Of a DNA stretch of 64,000 bases, positions 53,211-64,000 are shown in pieces. Position 1 is the stretch's first letter. Each line of letters opens with the position of its first letter. The notes beneath the pieces were generated by a model. It made no database searches, had not been told where the DNA came from, and saw only the letters and a list, made by a program, of their open reading frames with translations. The stretch is from positions 59,954,001-60,018,000 of the forward strand of contig NC_043003.1 of assembly GCF_006345805.1 (NCBI RefSeq), given 5' to 3'. Position numbers and translations under genes: made by a program. This stretch comes from Octopus sinensis (lineage: Eukaryota).

Positions 53211-54232
53211 CTGTTGTTTGGGTTGCATGCATAAAGAAATGACCCGGCAGATCATCTGATGAAATAGTCTTCTTTTTCTAGTTCGCTAAATTTCAATTGA
53301 GACGCATAAAGATATAGCAAAGTAAAGAAATTCAATAAAAAAGAAAAAAAGAGAAAAAGAAACAAGTCGAGTAAATAGAAATATCTGTTAGTATGTTGTG
53401 TAAAAGAAACAATATGTAGATAAAGAAAAAATAAAACTGAGCAAAAGCAGGAAGCAAATGATTGGATATAAAAGTTTAAATTCTAATATATGTTTGACAA
53501 ATTGGAAGAAGATGGCTAAATTAGATTTCGTCCAATATATACAATAGGGTTTCCTTCCTAATTCACTTCTATGCAGCCGTATTAATGTAAGCATTATTTC
53601 TCCTCCATTGGAACCCGAATAACAAGGTAGATGAATCGTTTGAAGTTTGCTCGCCATGAAATGCTAGAATGGGGTATATTATTAAGAAGCTTCCATCATT
53701 CGAATCTATCTTAGAAGGTGAGAAGCTGTGCCAAGGAAATAGCTTTGAAATCAAATTACGCTTTACGATATGGAAAGCGGGAGAGCAGTATGTGCTGCCA
53801 AGAGGCCTTTTTACTTCGTGATGGAATCGTTACTTGTCACGCCATTGGTATATCCCCAGCTACTTAAGTCCATGCCATTGGACAGCAGCAATTCGATATT
53901 TTAGCTAAACTACAAAATGAAAAGGAATCAAAAGTCAGTAAACGCAAGTCTTTCTACAAAGGCAAAGCTATATTCAGCTTGCTACACAACACAAACATAT
54001 TTAAAAGGAACGGTGTTTTCTTCCGAGTAAACATGTTTTAAATTTATTCCATACATTAAATTATTTATTCAATTTTCATTTTTAAAAGTAAGATCTATCT
54101 TGCTGCTATATTTCTGTCAAGCATTCTTATAAATTTGTGTTTGTATTTGTCCTATTATTATGATTTATATTAAATGTAATGACATCTAATTTATATAACG
54201 ATCAATTAAACCTCATATAACTTTCTTTACAG

Positions 54233-54437
54233 CAGGCATCCGGCCCAAAAATGAAAACAATAAAGATATTGTAATATCAGGAGTGACTGCCCCAACAGAT
54301 GTTTTCTGCTCTGTACCTGGCCGTCTTTCCTTGCTCAGTTCAACGTCCAAATATAAAGTGACCGTTGCAGAAGTTCAAAGACGGTTATCTCCCCCAGAAT
54401 GTCTAAATGCATCACTGCTAGGAGGCGTTCTGAGACG
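54233..54437 (+). CDS. TFAP2: Transcription factor AP-2 coding exon (equivalent to vertebrate exon 4; start of basic DNA-binding region)
   Basis: Frame reads (x)[67 protein letters not shown](R), the diagnostic AP-2 block. Acceptor ctttctttacAG at 54231-54232 (alternative AG at 54234-54235). Donor CG|GTAAGT at 54438. Absent from the ORF track because it is an internal exon. Confidence 0.97.
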
Positions 54438-54811
54438 GTAAGTGAAAATATTATTTTGGAACAGCATCTTCCCAAATGTCTCTCAGCCCCGCCACAGTTA
54501 TTGAAAAAGAGCCCCCCTCCCCGCAAAACCCTCCCAAAGAAACAAAAACAAACCATTGAGATGGATAACCATTTACTATAAAGAAATACTTAGTAAGGAA
54601 GTAAGAATTAGTGACTGAAAAAATCATAACTTCGAATGTAATTACTTTATCAACCATTGCACATCGCAGTTAAATCTTAAAATTTTAATGAAAGGCACCA
54701 ATCTCTCGGATAGTTTATGCATAAATATATATTCAAAATCGAGTATCAAATAACCTAGGTGAGTTAATATCTATAGCAATTTACACACACACACATATAT
54801 ATGTATGTACG

Positions 54812-54902
<91 letters not shown>

Positions 54903-54917
54903 GTGTGTGAGTGTATG

Positions 54918-54976
<59 letters not shown>

Positions 54977-55226
54977 TTGAGAACAAAAGAGCTGCAGAAG
55001 TTCAAATAAAGAGATTCTGATTTTCATATCGGTATGCACAATCGTAGACGTTGTACAAGAAAGAGGAATGCTAAGATGTTTTATAGTTAGTGCATGCATA
55101 GCTGCATTCATTCATACACGAGTATGTATGTAAATATACATGTAGTGTAACTTAATTATACGTATACGTATATATGTATATGTATATATATGTATACATA
55201 TACATATATACATATGCATATATATA

Positions 55227-55261
<35 letters not shown>

Positions 55262-56146
55262 GTATACATATACATATGCATATAGGTATGTATTAATATA
55301 TATATATATACACATATATATATACACATATATATATACATGTATGTATATATGCATGTATGTGTATATGTGTATACATGCATACAAACACATAGAATAT
55401 AAAGTTTGCATATTCATACATGCACTCACATCTCCGTATGCGCAAATATATATGTATATATATATGTGTGTGTGTGTGCGTGCGTACGTGTGTGTGTGTA
55501 TGTAACGAATAATATTTGAATGAATGTTCCTCTGAGTGAGTTAACTATTGTATCTATGAATTTAATGCTTTCTATGAATGCAGTCATATATATTGCAGTA
55601 TTGCAGCAAGTATAAACCTTCTTTCGCCAGAGGCAAAATGCTTTGCGTACAGCAATCAGAAAAAAAAAGAACACAAAACAAAACAAAAATTTTTTAAAAA
55701 AGTAAAATAAAAAAAACAAACTTTAATTTACTTTTTAAAATATACCATAAGTTCACAACTCAAAGACTTCGTTACAGCGCAACTAATAGCAACTACATGA
55801 ATGAAAAAACAACAAAAAACAATGAAATAATCATAAAAGCAATAACGTTTTTTTTTTTACTTCTTCTAGATGACGAAGAATGAAGTGTAATTTCATATAC
55901 ACACATTCACACACACACACTCACACAGACGCACGTACACACACTATATATATACATGTGCTAAACTCTCGCCAACACACACATGGAGAGATATATGTTT
56001 ATACATACTCCAATACATACATACATAGACAAAGACATATTCATGCATATTGAGACACATACAAACACACGTACGTATATATATATATATATATATATAT
56101 ACATTTACACACATATATGTGTATAAATATGCACATATCAATATCA

Positions 56147-56188
<42 letters not shown>

Positions 56189-56192
56189 ACAT

Positions 56193-56275
<83 letters not shown>

Positions 56276-56474
56276 CATGTATATATGCCTAGGTGTGTGA
56301 GAGAGGGTATGAGGGAAAGAGAAAGCCTCTGCGATTTATTCTTTTGTTTCTCCTGAATTCTTTAAGGCATTTCATAAATCCTGTTTTACTCTACAATCGT
56401 TGTAACATATGCAGTACCACTTCTGCTGCCGCGCACTACCACCACCACCACCACCACCACCACCACCAGTACCC

Positions 56475-56522
<48 letters not shown>

Positions 56523-57406
56523 ATGAAGTAAAAGGTTTCTTTCTTGTCGATGTGTGATGGTAATTGTATAAGGTGATAGAATAAAACCATCCCAACTAGC
56601 TTGTCGTCAACCGACTCAGAGAGTATTGACCATTACAAAAGAATAAGGCTTTTTTGAATAGAAAACTTGCTTTCTAACTTTATGGCGGTACCAATTTTAT
56701 CCCACGCTTCCATAAGCTATTTTATATTTTACGAGGTCTTTATTGAATTAAGTATATACAAATATGTATATATAAACGTATGTATATCACTTTGCCTCGA
56801 CTAGATGTGATTGTTTCTGTATTTCTATAACTTATAAATTAGTTTTTATTAATTCAATTTCTTCTACAGACCACATTTTGTATGGACAATATAAGGTCAC
56901 CGTTTATGTTCCGTAACCTGGAACTCCTTTGTTACATTTTTGTAGCATACCTTTGCACTAGAAGTTTCTTACCAAGGGACGTGTACATACACACACACAC
57001 ACTCACACACACACACATACACACACACACACTCTCTCTCTCACACACACACACGTATCCATTTCATTCTAAGTGAGAATCAGTAATGTATTAGAATGTA
57101 TAAGAAGCTATATTACTTCTTTCCAAATAACAATGACTATATTATAATGTAAATTCATATGTTCAGAAGACATAAATTTTGTTTCTGCTACAATTTCACA
57201 TCGTCTTCAGACATTTTCCAATTACGATTTAATAACAAAACAATGACTTCACAGATAAAGATACCCAACAAATGTCTTTGCTTTAAATAGAAATCAGAGG
57301 ATAAATGTTTTTTTCTTGTTGCAGTTTTAATATATTGTGTACTCGCTTTTCATAACTTTTGTACCTTATTTATTCACGTTTATTTTTCATATCATCTTTT
57401 GTGCAG
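54438..57406 (+). other. TFAP2: GT-AG intron of the AP-2 gene (phase 2, 2969 bp)
   Basis: Begins gtaagt and ends atcatcttttgtgcag. It splits the Arg codon CG|G and joins ...GGVLR|RAKSKNGG... in frame, the same position as vertebrate intron 4. Confidence 0.95.
54780..56290. repeat. (AT)n/(AC)n/(ATAC)n mosaic arrays in the intron between the two AP-2 exons
   Basis: Directly visible. Similar mosaics at 301-381, 2450-2830, 9500-9810, 16020-16400, 31030-31315, 40630-41900 and 43997-44320. Confidence 0.95.
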
Positions 57407-57525
57407 GGCCAAATCAAAGAATGGCGGTAGGTCTTTGAGAGAAAAACTGGAAAAGATAGGTCTTAGTTTGCCAGCAGGTCGACGGAAAGCCGCCAATGTT
57501 ACTTTACTTACATCTTTGGTGGAAG
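57407..57525 (+). CDS. TFAP2: Transcription factor AP-2 coding exon (equivalent to vertebrate exon 5, 119 bp)
   Basis: Reads (R)[39 protein letters not shown](G). AG at 57405-57406, donor G|GTAAGC at 57526 (phase 1). Contained in ORF 57399..57587. Confidence 0.98.
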
Positions 57526-58536
57526 GTAAGCTCTTAACTCTGATAACAGCACGTATTTGTTATTCATTTCTCAGAAATGAAGTTTAAATTATTTGTAGCG
57601 AGACAGATTCGGTACGCTTTATGATGACATTTTCTGGAAGTTATCAAACAACACACACGCACACACACGCACACACTCTCTCACACACACAAGCACACAC
57701 ATACGGATTTCTAGATAGATAGATATAGAAAAATAGATAGATAGAGAGAAAAGTACAGACAAAGAGATGAGGGAGTGAGGGAGGGAAGAAGAGGGAGTGA
57801 GAGGAAGAGAGTGAAGAGAGGAAGAGAGATCAACCTTCTAATTAATAGAGAAACATTGGTGTTTGTGATATACCTGCTTCTTCACATACGAATACAAACT
57901 CTAAAATTCGACACATTACGCATGATCAAGGACACTGCAGCACTGGAAACATCATACTGTCTTTCAAAGCGCCGAGGGCTTTTAAATTAGGGACCGTATT
58001 ATCATGAGATAAAAAAAAAATTCTATGAGCATTTACCTGAAACTTAAATACTTGCACACGAACACCGTGATTGTTATAAAAATTAAAATGAAATTTATGC
58101 AAGTTGAAGGATATCTGCCATCATTGACCAAAGGATTACATAATAAGTCATTATAAATGATGGCAGGGTGAAATTTAAGTAAGATTTATCAGTTCTTTAA
58201 TAGCGAGTCGAGGAACAAGCCGAGTAATGCAGGACAACTTAATATAATAGATTACAAAAATAGATAAGTCTATTCTACGAGTACAAATGGCACACACACA
58301 CACATATATATACACAAAAGTATATATATACTTGTATGTATATACATGTACATATGTATATATATGTATATAGAAGCACGCAGAATTAACTCAATGCAAT
58401 ATAAGGTGTTATTTTTTCTTTACTAGAAAGAAATCGAATGAAATATGGAAATGAAACAGAATAAAATAAATATTGTCTAGATATTATTTTATACACCTAG
58501 GGTGCATACATAATATATACATACATATAAATATGT

Positions 58537-58599
<63 letters not shown>

Positions 58600-58989
58600 A
58601 ATATATACATATATGTGTATGTAAATACATATAAATATGGTGTACATGTGTCTGTGTGTACGTATATGTATGTGTGTGTGTGTGTGAATTGTGTGTGTTT
58701 GCGTGTATGTGTGTATGTGTGAAAAACAACTCTTCTATAAATATAATATTATTCGTTATTACTTTATACGTTCAAGAGATATAAAACTAAAATTACAGTT
58801 AAATCCAAGGGGATTTTGATTCAGAATTCTGAGACTTGAGGTCAATAAACATAAACATTGTAAGGAATTTTTTTTTACAGTTTCAATTGTTATTAACATC
58901 TTACTAAATTAAATATTGATCGGTTGGCAAATTATATTTATATTTTACGCCCCACACACATACACATACACACACATGCATACCAATCA

Positions 58990-59058
<69 letters not shown>

Positions 59059-59173
59059 GTTATTATCATTATTATCATTATTATCATTATGCCGTTTAAA
59101 TAAAATTTGAAATCTCATTAGAACAGAAGAGCACTCATTACATTTGTGTGTGTGTATGTATGTATGTATGCAT

Positions 59174-59215
<42 letters not shown>

Positions 59216-59971
59216 TACAGCTGCGGATTCCGTACACTTTCCGTGTTACTTAGTGTAAGGTCAACCTTGATTTTAACAGTTATTTGGCAGCATGCATTGT
59301 GGCCCCGAAATCTTATCTCTTTGTGTACCAAAGATTATATTGACTCTCTTGTCTCTCCTTTTATTTGAGTATAATTTATCATCTCAAGGAACGTCGCTGC
59401 CATTTCATTCGTGTTTCTGTAGTTGTTAAACCACGAGAGAGTTTCCATTGAGCAGAACTATAAATTGAAGACATACCGGCCGTTACTACGCTGTCTTATT
59501 ACTGCGTTCAGTGAATTCAGTTTTATCTTATCCGAAGCGTTTTCGTTTTAGGTTTGCTAAGACTATAAAGTGGAATTCGAAGTAGATTTGTTTAATAATC
59601 CTACCAAATCGAGTGACCAATTCCCCCGGTTGGTTCATTTATTTTAACAGATAGTCTATAGGTGAAGCAAGCTCTTATATGTTCAAAGAAAGGGCATGTA
59701 TGTGCAATGAGGAGGATTTCCAGTTGAAATGCTGTTAAAGATGGAAGAGTATTCCAATTGCTCAGCTTTCAAGCTGCTTGTATGGTCAATCAAAACACTT
59801 AGTGACACATTCAATTAATGAGTCGCTTTTCTAAACAGCATACCGGTGCTGCTAATTAAGGAATATTTAATTACAATGAACGCGGCTGTCACATAGCCAC
59901 GTCGCATTTACACGTGATTTCCACTACGTTCTTTCTTTTCATTTCCTTTCTAACATTGAAGCAGCCTTTAT

Positions 59972-60330
59972 TTCAATTCCATTCCATCATGTGACCTTTG
60001 CCTTTTATTCATCCCGGGTCGATAAAATAAAGAATCACTCAAGACGTAATGGAGTAGCTCATACTGACTAAGCCCCAGACCTCTCAAAATTGCTGGCCTT
60101 GTGCTAAAATTTGAATCTATTCAATACAGTTATCTGGCAGATTCGTTATCTCACTGGACTAAATGCTTCGCGACATTTCTTCCGAATTTATGTTGCTGGT
60201 TCAAATGTCGCCGAGGTTGATTTGTCTATTATTTATTCGGGATCGACAAAATATGAAAATATGTTCCAACGCAAGTAATTCACTTCCCCACCTCTTAAAT
60301 TTTCTAGCCTTGCGCTTATAATAGAAAGGA

Positions 60331-60395
<65 letters not shown>
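59972..60395 (+). mobile_element. Two tandem diverged family B SINEs, the second ending in an (ATT)n tail
   Basis: First copy: gacctttgcctttt..cgggtcgataaaataa...aaaattgctggccttgtgctaaaatttgaa. Second: ctggcagattcgtta...gccgaggttgatttg...gccttgcgcttataatagaaaggattgttattatt. Confidence 0.7.
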
Positions 60396-62972
60396 TCGTG
60401 TGCTTTTGCTCTTTGAGTCATAGCATATTGAAATGACGCATTTGATTTACTCTCTCTGAATTCTTCGACAACAGGAAGTGATTCCTACAGCATCACAGTA
60501 ATACATTCTTGTGACAGTTTTGTCTGGTGTCGTAAACGGTGCCAGATGCAATCTCTTTAGTTAATTCTTTATTTTTTTATTTCATGTCAATCGTATATAT
60601 TTAGATAATTCTTTACGTTCAGTCGTCAATGGGAAAATATATACGCCAAACAAGTAACAAACAGCTAATAGATGCGATGTTTACCACTCTTCCTCCTCCT
60701 CCTCCTCTCTCTCTCTCTCTCTCTCTTGATGTGTGTATGCGTGTGTATGTATGTATACATGTACGTATATAGGGTTATATACATGTACTTACGCATTGAT
60801 GTTTGTATGAGTATATATACACATATATGTGTGTGTGTGTGTGTGCATATGTTTTACACACACACATAATCACACAGAGAGATAGACAGAGAGAGTACAG
60901 AGGGAGCTTGAGGCAGACTGACTTATACAGATAGTGAGATAGCTCGCATATATTCAAAGATACAGACTCAGTGTGAGAGTTAATGTGAGACAGTGAGGAA
61001 GAGACAGAAAGAATGTAAGACAGAGAGAAAGAGAGTGTGTCAATGAGTGAGTCAGTGAAACGAAGCATTAAAATAAGGAGAAGATTGAATAGAAACTTGC
61101 AAAACTGCAACGAAGCTAAATGGGTCTTTGTGTCTTTGTTATGTTTGTTTGTTGCTATTTACTTATAGGTTAGTAATTCCGCTATTTCTCTTCCTCTAAG
61201 AGTAGAGAGCTCGTCACACAGAATAGAGCTTGTTATAGCAAGTTCTGGCGTCCAAATTAAAGGTAAATTTATTCCTCTTTAAATGTCACATTTACTGTAG
61301 TCCATTTTATCTATTACCTAACAAACATATCAGCCAACGTTGCTGGTGATACTGGTAAATGGTAAATGGACTGTAACTAATGCAGACAAATGTCACTATC
61401 AATGGAAATAAAACAGAAAGAAACATTATTCGACATGAGATGAAGTGAGTGAAGGAAGTATCGGTCAAATATAATAACAGCGACAACACTGAAAATGTAC
61501 AAGTGGTCAGTGTTAATGGACAGAATGCTTAACTTTCATCAGAACAGGTCAAGCGGCTTATCTGTCTGCTGTCGGTGTTCTCGATCTCGCCATATCACAT
61601 CACATTTTCTCGTTTCTTCTAACAGTAGACAACTAACGCCGTCCGTCTTCTTATCCATTGGGAAATAGTTGCGAATACTAATATAATTTATATTTTCTAC
61701 TTTGATAATCAATTAACTTAAATTCACATTCTAAACCCAATTAACGCTTGTGCTTGTGCGATTAGCAAGGAAAAGCATTCAGACGAATGTGTTCACATTT
61801 TAACGACATTTGTTTGTTAGACAAACAAATTCTAACCAACACCTTAGAAGATTAAACAAACCTTTTAGCTAAACAGCGTGATGTGTTTATCTCTCATGAC
61901 TAGATAAGATTCAGTCGCACTTTGTAATGTTTTATAAAGATATAATGTCCGATTGTTTCCTTTATTTTGTTTCGTCTTGGTTATTTCCTAAAGTATAAAT
62001 TCCGAAGATATTCTGCGTATTATGTATCAACGAATGTCGAATGATATGTGTGTGTGATTCTATTTAAAGTATTTCAGTTTCTTAAGCGAGTAGTTTGTAA
62101 GTGGAAGTTTTAATACATGTGCGTTGATGAATAAATTTTTGTGAACGTATTTATATGAATGAATAGTTACTCAAGTATACAGGTTGTGTTGACATGATTC
62201 TCATGTTATACATACATGGCATAAGTATATACATGCATATACATACACGTGTGCGTATACATACATATATACATACATACATAAATACATACATACATAT
62301 ATGTATATATTTATATATAGTAAGCATTTTTGTTTACCCCCGAACAAAAAGATATTCTCAATTCTTATAAATCTCAACCTTAATTCTTGTATCGTTACTT
62401 CGAGTTCTACATTGCCGATTATTCGAACGATTGGAGTAAGAAAGCAGCGTGAGGTATTTGAAGGAAAATATTAACAAACACCGTATCTTGCGTGTATTTT
62501 ACACATATAGTACTGAAAATATGAAAATGTCACGTGTATGTGAATTGGTGTATACATCACGTGGTCTCTTTGTATGATAGTTAAATGTATGAATATCTTA
62601 TGTAAATGCTAGTGTTTACTCTGTCGATCAGTCAAATATCGATGATTACGTGATATATTTATCTATTCACTTGCAAACGTACTTGATATATCGGTGTGTG
62701 CCAAACTCGAGAGCAAGGAATGTGTTTAAGAATAGTTGTATTCGTATATCGTCATGCACTGTCTCTAATTCAATAAACTGAATAAGCTTTATGTAACTAG
62801 GAGTTAGGTTTTCAAATAATTTGCATACTTATATATTTATTATAAACGACCACTGAAGCATCGAGTGACATATTTTTAAAACTTAAGACAATCTCGAACG
62901 TAAGAAAAAAGAGTTGTTTTCACAGCTATTCGCCTACGTTCGAGATATTCTCAATTTCTAAAAATTATATAC

Positions 62973-62973
<1 letters not shown>

Positions 62974-63064
<91 letters not shown>

Positions 63065-63154
63065 ATATGCTTCTCTCTCTGTCTCTCTCTCTCTCTCTAC
63101 ACATACACACACATATATAAAGAAATATATATAGAGAGAGAGGGAAAGAGAACC

Positions 63155-63189
<35 letters not shown>

Positions 63190-63470
63190 GAGTATGTTTG
63201 CATTAAAGATTATTTATTGTCACAAATCACAGCTCCAAGTTTAAACTACTTTTCCCATATCACATAAACCAGTTCAGCTCAAGCATCGTAGTTCTGTTCA
63301 AGCATCGTACGCACACATTTACAGTAGCGTACACACCTAATCCGTTATGTATTATCTCTAAAAATATAGTTCTTATTTTATTTGGAATTTCTATCCTACA
63401 ATAAGAATAAACTGTAACTGAAGAAAACAATATGCATTTTGTCCCCCTCAATTTCATATTAATATATATA

Positions 63471-63515
<45 letters not shown>

Positions 63516-63547
63516 TGAGATAGATAGATAGATAGATAGATAGATAT

Positions 63548-63604
<57 letters not shown>

Positions 63605-63610
63605 CAGATA
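62974..63610. repeat. (TATC)n at 62974-63063 and (GATA)n at 63519-63610
   Basis: Directly visible; the two arrays are reverse complements of each other. Confidence 0.95.
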
Positions 63611-64000
63611 GGGCTTTATATATCGGTATGTTGTTCCTCAAAATTCTGAAGATAATTTGTATTTTGCCATGTTAAAATACCCGGTATTCCCGTCTGAAAC
63701 TCTACTTTTTAAACATTCTAATCTCTCTCTCTCCCCCTCTCTCTCTTTCTTTCTCTCTCTCTCCCCTTTCTGTCTCACACTACTCTCACTCGTTCTTTCT
63801 CTTCCCCCCTCTATCACTCACTCTCTCACACTATTCTCTTTCTTTTTCTTTTTCTTTTTTCACTACTTACATAAATACTCCGGTTTGGTTTTCCCCTGCC
63901 TTAACATACTCTACACTACATTACAACAACAGCAATAGCTCATTTATGCAGCAAAATCAATAAAATATGGATATGATTCATGGATTTCCTACTGCTAAAC

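Noticed and set aside
58115-58166. 11-bp inverted repeat (CTGCCATCATT/AATGATGGCAG)
   Set aside because: About one such repeat is expected by chance in 64 kb; the stem is too short for a pre-miRNA and there is no TSD for a MITE.
59662-59739. AG|GT GAA GCA start resembling the next AP-2 exon (GEAVHLARDFG)
   Set aside because: Continues EASSYMFK... to a stop, with a weak pyrimidine tract; the true helix-span-helix exons must lie beyond the window.
61605-61636. Strong-looking acceptor ttttctcgtttcttctaacAG(TAG)
   Set aside because: Phase-1 joining gives an immediate stop (VDN* or DN*). Only a truncating terminal exon would be possible and nothing else supports it.

Overview
Eukaryotic, AT-rich, very microsatellite-dense genomic DNA. 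The density of (AT)n/(ATT)n/(CA)n/(GATA)n arrays and the SINE families point to a coleoid cephalopod, most likely Octopus (inference from recalled repeat families, not a database result). The only protein-coding host sequence I can support is two + strand exons of a transcription factor AP-2 (TFAP2) gene: 54233/54236-54437 and 57407-57525. They encode the basic DNA-binding region and have the same intron positions and phases as vertebrate exons 4 and 5. The Pro-rich N-terminal exons and the helix-span-helix exons are not recognisable in the window, so most of the 64 kb is probably AP-2 intron and/or upstream regulatory DNA. The non-coding space holds tRNA-derived SINEs of at least 3 families, a 5'-truncated R4/Dong-type LINE inside a (TAA)n array, a Tc1/mariner(pogo/Tigger)-like MITE with a nested SINE, and probable Penelope remnants with decayed hammerhead-like cores. 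Best leads: (1) a candidate 12-nt, frame-compatible microexon at 37191-37202 with a long polypyrimidine tract and a downstream UGCAUG; (2) a CAGCAG tandem acceptor; (3) a SINE-borne perfect AP-2 site; (4) inverted SINE and microsatellite pairs that could form ADAR substrates; (5) a TALE/homeodomain/Sox motif cluster in the intron equivalent to vertebrate TFAP2A intron 5. No prokaryote-type system (CRISPR, operon, rRNA, true tRNA) is supported. Nearly all listed ORFs are microsatellite translations. Repeat boundaries are approximate.
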